NCBI GenBank assembly: GCA_002633005.1
Contig: NMRA01000117.1
Location: forward strand, 477,731-541,730
Direction: 5' to 3'
Length of the DNA stretch: 64,000 nt
Source of the DNA: Phoronis australis
Lineage: Eukaryota; Animalia; Phoronida
How positions within the stretch are numbered: the stretch's first letter is position 1; the number at the start of each line of letters is the position of its first letter. Positions 25,495 to 38,929 of this stretch are shown here, one piece after another. The position numbers and the translations under genes were made by a program. The notes under the pieces were generated by a model. That model saw nothing but the letters and a program-made list of their open reading frames with translations, was not told where the DNA came from and ran no database searches.

Positions 25495-26837
25495 TTTTTA
25501 TACGCCCACATATTTATATGTGGACGCATTATGCCGTCATCTCCATCCGTCCGTCCGTACGGGCGGCGTCTGTCCGGCGTCCGACGTCCGCTGCTCTATC
25601 TCCAAAACCTTTTGACTTATGTTCATGAAATTTGGCACACATGTTCCATTCATGAATGGGACAGCATGTGCGAACTTTCGGACGGATCCGACTACCGGTG
25701 TGCCCCCTAGTGGCAATTTTATTTGTTTACGCTTTGTATCTTCAAAAGTCCTGAACGGATTTTCATGAAATTTGGTATGTAGGCACCTATTAGTGAGATG
25801 ACGCTATCCTCTCATTTTCAGATGGATTCGACATAGTTTGCGCCACCTAGTGGCCATTTTTAGTGTTTTCGAGTCTGTTTTTGTGCGTCCACCCCTCTAT
25901 CAACCAAATCGCTCAAAGGATGATTGTGAAAATTGGCATGTATATGCTTGCTATGTAGAGGACGGTTGACAATGATTTTCCAACCATTTCGACTACTGTG
26001 GCGCCTCCTAGTGGCAGTTTTTTTTTTTCGCCTATCGCTGTATCTCCTAAACCGTTCTCAGGATCTTTACAAAATTGTTTAAGTATATTTATGTGATGTT
26101 AACAACAAAACATGACGACTTTTGGACGGATCCGACTACCAGTGTGCCCCCTAGTGGCAATTTTAGGTTTTTATGCTTACCTTTGTATCTTCAAAAATCC
26201 TGAACCGATTTTCATGAAATTTGGTATGTAAGCACCTATTAGTGAGGTGACGCTATCCTCCCGTTTTCAGATGGATTCGACATAGTTTGCGCCACCTAGT
26301 GGCCATTTTTACTGTTTTCGAGTCTGTATTTTTGCGTCCACCCCTCTATCAACCAAACCGCTCAANATTTATGTGATGTTGACAACGGACGATGACGACT
26401 TTAGGATGATTCTGACTACCGGTATGCCTCTAGTGGCAATTTAAGTATTTCACATTGACCTCTGTATTTTCATAGGTCTTCAGGTGTATACTGTGTGTTA
26501 CTTCGTGACTATGAAGGAAAAGTTCCAAGTAGAAATTTGTTTCTGGCATTCTAATGCTGTGCTAATCTCGTATGTTGGTAAATTTGTTTTAAATTCTATG
26601 TTTCTGTGGTGCTTTAAGCAACTGATGTATAGGATGTGCTTGTATTAAAAAGATCACTCACATTTTGTCCCTAGCCTATTGAGGAGACAATGACCATGCC
26701 TTTCCATTTTGCAAAGTACAACATACTTCATATATGCCCTCTACTGGCCACTTTATGGTACCAATAAACAACTCTAGAAGGATACCGTATACGGTGCAAT
26801 TGTGGACGTATTTCAACGCTCTGCGTTGCTCTTGTTT
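25495..26837 (+). mobile_element. Helentron-associated non-autonomous element (HINE/DINE-1-like), copy 1
   Basis: T-run start, 5' palindrome (CGCCCACA-TATTTATA-TGTGGACG), (TCCG)n microsatellite, internal ~445-bp repeat, 3' subTIR TGTGGACGTAT, hairpin CAACGC-TCT-GCGTTG and CTCTTGTTT end. N at 26366. Confidence 0.85.
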
Positions 26838-29800
26838 AAGTATGCAGATTAAGGCTGCCATTATGCAAAATTTTGTTCTGTTTATTACTTCATTGCCAAG
26901 CAAGCTGGTAGATAATGGTGATGTTTTCACTGATGTTTCTATGGCCAGTGAATTTAATGAAGCTACTTCGAGGTGGATTTGTGGAGAAGTTGCATAAAGT
27001 ATGCAAATTATGGCAACCATTAATGAAAGTCCTATTTGTGCTTGTAGCTGAGATATCAGACGTCACAGGTTAGATATTTGCACCTGTGTTTATGTGAACA
27101 TTCAGCTACTTTGAAGGTGTATACATAAAAAATTTGCATAAATTATGAAAATTGAGATAGCCATTATTGAAAATCCTACATGTGGTTAGTATGGTAACGT
27201 AACTGCAGTATGAGGCTCCACACATTAATTATATTGATATTTACACCAATGCTTCTGTGATCAGTTAATCGAATGAAATAAGTTTGTAGGTTTCTGGTTG
27301 ATAAATTTGCAAATAAATGATGCCATTACTTAAAATTGTGTTCCTTCCAATAACTTCGATACAGGGAGGGTGAAATGGGGGTGGGGGTAGGGGGGGTGGG
27401 GCAGTACATGTAGATAATCCACATCCATGTTCTTGTGGTCAGTGAACATAATGAAATCATTGTATGATGACTCAATGTAAATTGTGACCACCAATAGTAG
27501 TTTGGTAGATTGCCTTGGTTACATGACCCCTACATGATTTGATTGAGATTTTGAGACTTTTGCGTGATTGTACCATCTGAAACAAGATCTGAAATCATAT
27601 TCAGAAGTGTGCTTTAGTATGGATAATTATCTTCTCTTAATGAAGTCAGTAAAGGCCCTTTCTTACTAATATTGACGTGTCGATGGTTTGAGGAGTTGTA
27701 TTCAGTAGAAATGGTCAGCTTCTTGATCGAAGGTAGCAACGCCAGTTAACTTCACAGCAAACCGGTGCATTTAACAGCTGAGTATCCATGCTACGGTGCA
27801 GTATGAACGGTCAACCTCAGTCTCATTAAAGGTATTGCGAGGGGCCACTAGTTGCTATTGTCAACAATTAAAAGGCAGTGTCGTTGCTATATTTTGCTTG
27901 AATAATCACCAAACAGATTAGAAAAAAGTTTTATGTCAATTATTACTCGTGAATGTCCAAAAAAGTTACATTAAAAAAATTTAGTGTGCACAGGTTGAAA
28001 AACCCGCCATTTTTCTGTCTACCTCAAACGTGACCTTATTCATTAGTGCTAACTTACGATTACTTTGATAACATGTGATCTATTGTTTACTTTGATGTTG
28101 TGAACTACCAAAGTTGGTATGAACGGGTCAATTAACTTCACGTTCTGCCAGTCGCTCATACTGGAGTTAAGTTGGTATGAAATGGCCATAAGATCGCGCA
28201 CCAAGATATTTTTACATATACCCCAGTATATACTTCATTGCATTCAAGGCCAGAGACCCAAAGTACAAAAACGAACATACATACAAGCACAGTTATATAC
28301 AAAACATGGAGTTAAAAAAATTTTCTCTGCGCACTGTGACTAAATATAGTCGAACTTTACAATGTTACTGTCAATTAATAGCATGTCATACACAGCTTAA
28401 TTTATCCAACAATTCGTTATGGAGCTGAAATCTGGGGGTTTAGAGTATGACAGCACAGTACAGTTTCACATAAAAATCTGTAAAATGGTACTTTGTGTGA
28501 GCATTTCTTGTTCCAATGCAGCCGTATTTAGTGAATGTGGGGCGTTATCCACTGTTTACAAAACATTTTATCACATATTTAACTATTGGTTTAAGATAAT
28601 GAAATTGTCGTCAAGCAGGTATGTCTGAGCACCAAGATAATTCATACATACTGGCTTTACCTTTTCAACTATTTAATAATAAGCTTTAAAAAATTGTGTG
28701 GAACATTTCCAAAGTAAATAACTGATACCAAACCTGTGATATTTAAAACCATATCCAAATTTTGTCAGTCCAAAGGAGCCACTTTGAGTTATGTAACACC
28801 TTTTTAGTGTTGAACTTAGGCATGAATTCCCCAACAAAGTTATAGCCAAGACAGTTCTGTACCCAGGCTCTCCCTGTGAGGGACTGTACAACTGAATTGG
28901 TGTCTCCAGCTGAAAAAAATATCATGGGCTGGTTGTGGTAAAGTATCGAAAACTACAATTTGCACTGGTCCTGTACGCTTATTGTGGGTTCAGTGTTGAG
29001 GGGAAAAGTGTTGCCCATAATTATGCGAGAGTTTGTTCTTATTTTACGATCATTACATTCAATAAGAAATTCATTTGAAGGTCACGTGAGCTCTGAAGAA
29101 GTTTTAGGCTTTTAATTTTACGCTCATATTTCCACTTGTAATTTTAAGCGCGCATTTTTGCGCTCGTAAAATACAACTCGCGTAAGATTGAATGGTCTGT
29201 TGTTAAGGTTATGTAAGACCTTAAAAATCACCAAATTTGGCTACCTTCGGAGTTGGATTTATATAAAACTTTTAGATTTATGCTTAACAAAAATTCTTGG
29301 ACGTGAAAAGTGTTAATGTATCATGCTCCATTCAACCTTCCGTTCATACTTTACAAGGGTAAATTTATGAGCACACAACTTCATCAGAGCTTACATGACC
29401 GACAAACCGTGCACGGTTAGCAAAAGGTCCCAGTTTCGAGTCACAGGTGGGGTAGAATTCCATAGAAATCTTTTCAAACAGAGATTCAATAGGTCACGTG
29501 ATGTGGCCAACAGGTGGCGTGCTGACTAGACTGTGTTTGCGATCTACATTTCCAAGCCGGTTTAAGATTTGTATATTCATATAATTAAAAATATCAAAAC
29601 GTCGAGCTACATCATTCTCGTTTCAACAACCTGATTTTAAATATCTGAAGGGGTCCACTTTCAGTGCATACATGACATAAGTCAATTCCCAAACCACTGA
29701 TTTGCAGCTAGAATTTAAGGCATGACTGAGGAATCTGGTTCCTTGAACTTGGGACATCATGTATGGATCATTTTGGGTGTCTAGATGTCGAGTTTAGGGA

Positions 29801-30049
29801 TGTGAATATGAGGTTTTGCACCTCAGGTTTGATGGGTGCTGGTCTGGGACTGGAGTTCAGGGGATTGTAACTGCATTTAATTCAGAGGGGCTTGCATAGA
29901 TCGGAAGGCTGTGTTTCTACCCCTTGATAATTAGCTGAACACTGTCCTTTGTGGATAAACAAGAATGAATTGCATGAATTGTAGATACCTTGTAATTGAT
30001 TTCAATTGTTTGATTCATGTGCATAATTTGTATCTGTAGTTATTGTATC

Positions 30050-30540
30050 TTCAAGGGGGCATTCAAAATGGATAATGCCTACTTGTATTTGCATAAATTA
30101 CCGATATAAGCTATGCTAATTTATGATGTTATGACCTGCAAAACTGATTTCATGAAATTCATTGGCCACGAAAACATGGGTGCAAATATCAAGATGATCT
30201 ACTTGAAGTGTTCAGTAAGGCATTCACAACAGAAACAGAATTTTAGATACACTGGGCATAAATTATGCAAATCATACAACAGCCTGTAAACTGATTTCAC
30301 TAAATTAATTGACCATAGAAAAATGGGATCAAATATCAGTATCATTTACCTGTGGTGTTGTTTATCACAGCTATATGCTTTTGTAGCTTTTAAATAATGG
30401 CGTTAATTTGCTTAAAGTATGCCAATTCATTTATCTGCCATTATATCTCCATTTGAATTCTCCGACACCCATTTTTCGGAGTAGGGGAATCTTGTTAAGC
30501 ACAGAGTTGAGACCATGATGGTAAGCTGTATACATATATA
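30050..30540. repeat. Old repeat with ~150-bp internal periodicity and ATGCAAAT/ATTTGCAT motifs
   Basis: GCATAAATTA..CTGATTTCA..CAAATATCA recurs about 146 bp apart. Similar motif-rich sequence at ~26840-27340. Confidence 0.4.
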
Positions 30541-30544
30541 CTAT

Positions 30545-31870
30545 GTAGCGAGCAAAAAAGGATTTAATAGAACCACCTTGGAAGTGCACAACTTCATGGA
30601 AATTTGATTACTACTTATCTGAGGTCAAAGGTTACGGGGCTGTCACTCAAATCAAATTTCCCCCCAAGCACAGAGCAGCTCCGTATGTACTCTCAGTCCT
30701 TTCATTCACCGATTTGCCATAATTTTGAGTCAATGACGTACATACGGTATGATAGAAAGATGCCAGGGAAACGAAGACAAAACATAGTTTTGATCCTGAG
30801 GGAGTTGTTTGTCTGCATGCATACGAATGTTCAATGAGAATGACTGCTATGAGTGGCCTCATGCCTCTGTGACACTGTGTTCACGAACACACCCATTGGC
30901 AAATTCCTTAATTTGATAGGTAATTTGACATTTCACTATTTCGATCTCATGCTCACAACGTGCTTTAACCACCAACTCGATTTCTGCTATCCATTTGGTA
31001 ATTGGTTTCATATCAGCCTCCCAGCGTGTGGTGTGTATAACAATGAACTGTTGACCTACTTTGAAGTGGACCGTATTGCAGGAGCGTGACCCACTTAATA
31101 TGTTGGCTCCGCCTATGACCTAGTTGGTCTCGATGCATTGGAAATCGACTTGGCTAATTAAACATTTTCGTGATAATTAAGTTAATTACACACTGCAACT
31201 TCAGTTGACATTGTGCGTGAATGTTGAAATAATGAACACAGCTAAGGGGTGTATACTCAGTCTGGTAGTTTATATTGACCAAAAACAAGTTTTCACCAAA
31301 TAATTGGCCAAAAACCTTGAGATTTTCACCTGTTCCAACTTCACCGGCTTTTTCTCACCTTCGGCAAATCGACTTAATTTCAACTAAGGAACATGAGTTC
31401 TCGAAAACGGCTCGGTGTATTTCGCTGAAACTTTCCAAACTTAATATTTATTCATCATTCTCAAAAACGCTGTTAGGATTGGCGATATAATGTAGCAAAG
31501 ACAAATATGACTGCTATTTTTTGCAAAAGTATCTTACTTTTTGCGAGTGGATTTGTCATAAAAATTAAACTAATGACTAATTGAAAATTCCAAATAGTGT
31601 TTTTAAGGTAACTGGTGAAATTTTCATTTAAAAAAGGCTTCATTAAAATCGACCAAGGGGTTGTTTTACTATGATGTACCATTCTTAAAAATGAAATTTT
31701 GATTTTAAAAAGGTGTTAACGTAATAACAGTAACGATACATAAATATAAAACATATTTATATATTCCGATCTTTTTCTTTCAGAAAATATATACTTTTAC
31801 TAGGTGACAAAACCTATTTTTTTGATATATGAGTTAGAATGGAAGCCACTAAATAAGGTTTGAGATGACC
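30545..31870 (-). mobile_element. Diverged, truncated inverted copy of the Kolobok-like element at 34432-35953
   Basis: 30545-31245 aligns with the reverse complement of ~35175-35850, and 31455-31870 with that of 34432-34865. Ends GAGATGACC followed by TTAA (31871-31874). Confidence 0.75.
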
Positions 31871-33197
31871 TTAAAACCAAAGTTAACCACACATTTGATT
31901 ACTGTGCTTGGTATGATACTTATTACGACTTCATCAGTAATTTACCTGAAATAGTAAGTAATTTACATATGCCCATAGGTTTCTCCATTAATTAGATCAC
32001 CCTTCTGACATGTACACAGGTGGCCGAACTTGAATAACGAAATTGAAAGAGAAGCAGTAACCTCACAGAATTACTGTAATTAAGTGTCTCTTGTTACTCA
32101 AGCTTGCTCATTTACTACTTGATTTGCCATCACCTTTCAGGAAATAGAGTTGACACCTTCAATGAAATAACGTTTTTCAAGTTTCTTTGTGTGTGGCAAA
32201 AGTGACAGAAGAAAAACGAGTGAAATGATACAAGACTTGACGAGGAGGTTGTAACATGATTCATATAGATACCATTATCCACTCTCTTAAACATGTATTT
32301 GAAGGCTCCTAACTAAGCTAATGTACAACAGAAACAAAAACAGCCATGCTGTTTGCACATCATCTATGCTTAGCAAAGTTGCAGTTGTATTCACTGACCA
32401 CTTGTAAGTTTATGTGAAAACAAAAAATTCTGCAAATTGGTGACCTTTGCACAAGTACTGTGGGGGCTCACATAGTCAGCATTATGCATCATGCAGTGTT
32501 ATTCCTCAACACCTCACAATACTTACTCTACGGTTGAGTGATTTACTGTGGATCATTTTCGACTCAAAAGTCATTCTTGTTAAAAACATTTGGCAGGTTT
32601 CAACGTACTTCATATTCACATTGTCGATTTGTGTTGAGTTTTGCCCTTAGGAAACTATCAAAGCAATTCCCTGTCGTTAATTCTCGTGATACACATTTGA
32701 GGTCTGAACATTTTACACTCACAACTTATTCATCTGTGTTCACAGCTCTTACTGAGATATATCACACTGTTGTAAATAAGAGGTGAAAGGGGTGACTTTG
32801 ATGGTTATCTGGTCACTTGACAGTCATGTTTTAAAGAATGTTTCATCAATAATGGGGTAAAGTACTCAGTTTATCTTATGTTTTTGTTGTAAACAGGAGG
32901 TGAAAGGGATGACCTGGATGAGGGTGCATGTGAGTCATATGTGGTCAAATAAAGAGTGTTTCACCAGTTATGGGGTACAGTACTCTTATGTGGATCATAA
33001 TGTTGGCAATCCATTGGCCACATTTTGTTTCATTGTATCTCAATTTATTTGGCACCCCCCTCGACTATCAGGAAAATACAATTGATTTCTATTGCATCCA
33101 TGTTTAGGACATTAAAAAGATTGAAGATTTTTAAGCCAGTCTCAGTTTTTAAGCTAGCAATACAACTCCGAATAAGAGAATAAGAGAATATTCTTTT

Positions 33198-33380
33198 GAC
33201 CACTCAGCATGGAGTGCCTGTGTGTGAACAGCCTCACTGATAAAAAGTTTGACAGAGTTATTGCCATGATCAAGAGCCTTGACCTGTCTACACTATAGGG
33301 TTTCTTGAGGTCCTGACTGTAAGCTGTCAAACTTTTGATGCTAATTACACACAGGCCCTCCATTGGCATGCTGAGAGGTC
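33198..33380. repeat. ~180-bp imperfect hairpin (small palindromic MITE)
   Basis: GACCACTCAGCATG..CCTGTGTGT..AAAAGTTTGACAG pairs with CTGTCAAACTTTT..ACACACAGG..CATGCTGAGAGGTC. Confidence 0.7.
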
Positions 33381-34431
33381 ACTGAGAGGTCACTCATCAG
33401 GAATGATGGAGCATGCAGGTTGTAGTTGTGGTAGTTTTTAGTTGGCAGATCTTGTGCCTTGCATTGTGATGTGAAGTGAACATTATGTTACGATATTTTG
33501 TTTTCTGTCTACTATTGTACCTGAGGATGGTATTTGTTAAATATTGAAATGAAGCTTTCATGTTGCAGTGTGGCATTTTGTTTTCCACTTCGTACTTGAT
33601 ATTCTCGTTAATTTCTCAATTTTCTGATGACTTCTCATATGATCGATTATCAATGTTTAGGCCACAGCTCTGACATCCTTTGATGGATCTTTTTTTTAAT
33701 TGGTATTTTAATAGATCTTGACAATTGCTACGTAGAAATGTAGTCATTTTTGGATCTTTCTTAAATTGGTGTTTAAATAGATCTTGACAATCACTACGTG
33801 GAAATGTAGTCATTTTTGTGCTGGAACTCACTCATCTCATCTCATCATAGTGACTGTCATCATGAATTGTCAGTCAAAAATAATTATACCATGCAACAAA
33901 GATAATATGAAATAAGCATTAATACAAATAACCAAGAAAGTAGACCATTAAAGTTGAGTTGACGGAGGTGTATAACAAAGAGATATGCTAGAACATAATC
34001 TGTAAGGTGAAACAAAGGATCTATCAACAAAACAATAATATAGTGCATTAAAATTAACCTTGTCTGAAACTAATAAATATCGAAAGAATTCTTACTTCCA
34101 TACTAAAACAATTAGGATGACCTGCAATTTCTTTATTTGTGTGTAATAGTTCCAAATGTTGTCATACTAGTAGTTTAAGGAGTCAGAAAAGTAATTGTCA
34201 CTGTTAATGAAGCATTTCATGTGAAAACATTGTGCACTGTTGGTCTCTCCACATAGACTTTAGATTGGAAAGTGTTAGTTTCCTGGCTTCAAATCCGGCT
34301 ACGACTGTAGTCATTCACAGTTCAGTATCCTCCATTATTTCAAATCTGACAAAATTGTTGGCCTTAATACTGTTAGTATTGGTAAAAAGGAATTTTAGAG
34401 TGTTTGATTGACATGCCAGGACTTAGGTTAA

Positions 34432-35953
34432 GGTTATCTCCAACCTTATTTAGTGGCCTTCATTCTAACTCGTATATCAAAAAAACTAAGCTTTGTCAAC
34501 TAGTAAAAGTATATATTTTATGAAAGAACAAAGACTACTTTTTTGTATTTATGTGCCATTATTATTTTTACGTAAAAACCTTTTTTAATTCAAAATTTCA
34601 TTTTTAAGAAAGGTATGGTACATTCATATAGCAAAGTTAACCCCTCGGTCGATGTTAATGAAACCTTTTTTAAATGAAAACTTCACCAGTTACCTCAAAA
34701 ATGCTGTTAGGAATTTTGGATTAGTCTTATCGTTTGGTTTCTATGACAAATCAACCCGCAAAACATAAGGTATTTTTGTAAAAAATTGAAGTCATATTCG
34801 TCTTAGTGTCACATTACGCAAAAACTAGGCTTTTATATCAAAAATCCTAACAGTGTTTTTGAGATTAGTGTTCTTAAGTTCAAATAATGATTTGCAATAG
34901 TCTGCCACATCTTTTTGCATGCCTACCCAAAAGTAGCGATTGCTAATCAAGGCAAATGTTCTCTCATACCCTTAGGTGCCCAGCTGCATCATGCAGAGAC
35001 ACCATAATCTAACTTCGTAGCGACTGTGGCACAACTAACGTACTAACAACTTCATTATCAACTGAAGAGACCCTGTATATGAACAGCATTCCCCGATCTA
35101 AGTACAGACTATTCCAATACCTCAAATATTTCCGTACACCGCTATTTGCGGTGTCAACAGGCTTACGTCCCGTCACACTATGTTAGCTATTTCAACGTTC
35201 ACTCGCAATGTCAACTGATTTTGCAGTTCGTAACTAACTTATTACCATTAAAACCTCAAATAGACGTATTGTTCCCAGCCAACTTTTACTGTTGTTTACG
35301 ACCTACTTTCTAAGTAGGTCACAGTTCATAGCCTGTACACATCACGTGCTGGGAGACTGATATGAAACCAAGTAAGAAATGGATTACAAAAATCGAATCG
35401 GTGGTTAAAGTATGTCGTTAGCATGAGATCGAAACATTGAAATGTCAACTTATTCATTGAATTAAGGAATTAGGGTGAGGATTATCTCTTTTCACAGCTT
35501 TCTGTGTTCTTGACCATAGAGGCTTGAGGCGACTCATAGCATTCGTTTTCAACGCCAACGGTCGTATGCATGTAGACGTACATTACTCCCTTAGGGTAAA
35601 AACTACGTTTTGTCTTTGCTTTCGCCGGCCCATTCTATCATAAGTACACCTCGTTGGCTCAATGTTATGGCACTTTGTGAATGAAAAGACTGAGGGTATG
35701 CGAAGCTATTCTGTACCTGGCGGGAGATTCGATACAATTGAAAGCCCTTTAACCTTTGACCTTGGATAAGTTGTAAACAAATATCCACGCGGTTGTGCGG
35801 TTTCACTGAAAGTGGTTTTGCTAAATCTTTTTTTTCTCGTTACGCGGATATTTTGTATTTGAAGTTCCCGAGAATGAAGATAAGGTATTATGCTAGACAC
35901 AAGTGAAATATTGTAAAAATGGCCAATTTTTGTGAATTATGTTGGAGATAACC
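34432..35953 (+). mobile_element. Non-autonomous Kolobok-like element (TTAA TSD, GG termini)
   Basis: TTAA-GGTTATCTCCAAC..GTTGGAGATAACC-TTAA. Perfect 13-bp TIR, no long ORF. Confidence 0.8.
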
Positions 35954-37053
35954 TTAAGAGGCTCAATATCACCACATCTCAAACCTGCAACAACACAATG
36001 AGTGTTATTAGGTTCATGAACATCCTGGAAGGATGACCTGTGAATGACCCCATTGTGTTACAAGAAAAGTGTCTTCCACAGCATTGGTTAACTTGAATAA
36101 CATGGAGGTAGTAGGTAAATTTTTGTTCTTCTGTATAGAGATCAGTGCAGGTGCCAGCATCCTCAGCTCCGAATTTGCCTGAGCAAAGGATACCAATTAT
36201 AACAGTGTGCCTGCATGTTAATATTGAGTCAAACTGGACAGAAATTTGTCGCAGAACTTTCACCTGACAGTTTAGTTTCTTCTTGCATGTCTAATTAAAG
36301 TGTCTCTTATGCATTACTTAAACAGTTTCCATGTTTTAAGTTGCACATTTTCAGTAAAATGAAGTTTATATGGATTAACATGTTACATATGGTGAATGGT
36401 AAACAACAGCATTTACACACAAGCTGTCGCCCATCATGATTTCTGGTACCCTTGATAGATGTAGGTTATACATTTACTGTGGGTACCAGAGTAAGAAATC
36501 TTGGCAACTAAAGTTTGTGTAAGCCAGATCGAATTTTAAAAGCATGTTTTCTTAAATCTGATCTTGATGAAAAAGCAGACTAATACAAATGTGTGGTTTG
36601 CATGCATAACATGTGGTGACAGTATTTTTCGCAGTATATCTGGCTGTGTGGAAAACATAATAGTCAGATAGGGCCATCTGGGATTAAACGACGATAGAAC
36701 TCTTCTTTGTCCTGGAGATAAGAAAGTGTGTGACCTCATTTTAGAAATCGAGCACATTTTGTGCCTGTTGCTCATGTCAGGAAGGTGAAGAATTTCAGAT
36801 CATGCATCCACGGGTATTTGTTCATTTTATCAAACTTTCTCAAGTCGCAGTTCCAACCTGGCCAAAGCAGTAATACTTCATTGGCAACTGAGAAAAAACT
36901 TGTAAAGAATCAGACAACAAATAACATATGAAACTCCAGTGGCACTAAAATGAGGCAACAAATGTGCCTGACGAATGTTTACAACATTTTGGGTAAATGC
37001 AGCGAGATTCGAGTGTCACTGTGTAATCTGGGACGGCACTGTTGTTGAAGATT

Positions 37054-37341
37054 TTGTCAGGGAAGGGTAGCCTACAATTCTGTCAGTGAAGGGTAGCCTA
37101 CAATTCTGTCAGTGAAGGGTAGCCTACAATTCTGTCAGTGAAGGGTAGCCTACAATTCTGTCAGGGAAGGGTAGCCTACAATTCTGTCAGTGAAGCTTAG
37201 CCTACAATTCTGTCAGGGAAGGGTAGCCTACAATTCTGTCAGTGAAGTGTAGCCTACAATTCTGTCACGGAAGGGTAGCCTACAATTATGTCAGTGAAGG
37301 GTATCCTACAATTCTGTCAGGGAAGGGTAGCCTACAATTCT
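37054..37341. repeat. 26-bp minisatellite, ~11 copies
   Basis: GAAGGGTAGCCTACAATTCTGTCAG(T/G) repeated with period 26 (37062, 37088, 37114..). Confidence 0.95.
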
Positions 37342-37409
37342 GGAAATGTGTTTGTTCTGTTTATTTTGAAAAAATAATGCATGTTGAAAGGGCATCATTA
37401 GAGAATACA

Positions 37410-38929
37410 TTTTTATGCGCCCACATATTTATATGTGGACGCATTATGCCGTCATCTCTGTCCGTCCGTCCGGGGGGCGTCCGGCGTCCGCTGCTCTATC
37501 TCCAAAACCCTTTGACATACGTTCATGAAATTTGGCACATATGTTCCATTCATGAATGGGACGACATTTGCGAACTTTTGGACGGATCCGACTACCGGTG
37601 TGCCCCCTAGTGGCAATTTTAGTTTTTTACGCTTACCTTTGTATCTTCAAAAGTCCTAAACGGATTTTCATGAAATTTGGTATGTAGGCACGTATTAGTG
37701 AGATGACGCTATCCTGCCGTTTTCAGATGGATTCGACGTAGTTTGTGCCACCTAGTGGCCATTTTTAGTGTTTTCGAGTCTGTTTTTGTGCGTCCACCCC
37801 TCTATCAACCAAACCGCTCAAAGGATGATTGTGAAAATTGGCATGTATATGCTTACTATGTAGAGGACGGTTGACGATGATTTTCCGATGATTTCGACTA
37901 CTGTGGCGCCTCCTAGTGGCAGTTTTTTTTTTGCGCCTATGACTGTATCTCCTAAACCGTTCGCAGGATCTTTACGAAATTGTGTAAGTATATTTATATG
38001 ATGTTAACAACGGAAGATGACGACTTTTGGACGGATCCGACTACCGGTGTGCCCCCTAGTGGCAATTTTAGTTTTTTACGCTTACCTTTGTATCTTCAAA
38101 AGTCCTGAACGGATTTTCATGAAATTTGGTATGTAGGCACCTGTTAGTGAGATGACGCTATCCTCCCGTTTTCAGATGGATTCGACATAGTTTGCGCCAC
38201 CTAGTGGCCATTTTTACTGTTTTCGAGTCTGTATTTTTGCGTCCACTCCTCTATCAACCAAACCGCTCAAAGGATGATTGTGAAAATTGGTGTGTATGTG
38301 CTTACTATAAGGAAGACAGCTGACAATGATTTTCAGACGATTTGGACTTCTGTGGCGCCTCCTAGTGGCAGTTTTGTTTTTTTGCACCCATGGCTGTATC
38401 TCCCAAACCGTTTGCAGGATCTTTACTAAATTTAGCAAGTGTATTTATGTGATGTTGACAACGGACGATGACGACTTTAGGATGATTCTGACTACCGGTA
38501 TGTCTCTAGTGGCAGTTTTAGTATTTGCCGCTAGTGGCAATTTTGGTATTTTACATTGACCTCTGTATTTTCATAGGTCTTCAGGTGTATACTTTGTGTT
38601 ACTTCGTGACTATGAAGGAAAAGTTCCAAGTAGAAATTTGTTTCTGGCATTCTAATGCTGTGCTCGTAAGTTGGTAAATTTGTTTTTAATTCTTTCTGTG
38701 GTGCTTTAAGCAACTGGTGTATAGGATGTGCTTGTATTATGAAGATTACTCACATTTTGCCCCTAGCCTATTGAGGAGACAATGACCATGCCTTTCCATT
38801 TTGCAAAGTATAACATACTACATATATTCCCTCTACTGGCCACTTTATGGTACCAATAAACAACCCTAGAAGGATACCGTATGCGGTGCAATTGTGGGCA
38901 CATTTCAACGCTCTGCATTGCTCTTGTTT
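37410..38929 (+). mobile_element. HINE/DINE-1-like element, copy 2 (complete)
   Basis: ATGCGCCCACA subTIR and palindrome, GTCC microsatellite, two ~449-bp higher-order repeats, 3' TGTGGGCACAT, hairpin and CTCTTGTTT. Confidence 0.9.

Noticed and set aside
28673-28925. Minus-strand exon-like ORFs following a TTTTTTCAG acceptor
   Set aside because: No recognisable domain, donor or partner exon.
37054-37341. 26-bp array as a CRISPR-like array
   Set aside because: Units are contiguous with no unique spacers, there are no cas genes and the context is eukaryotic.
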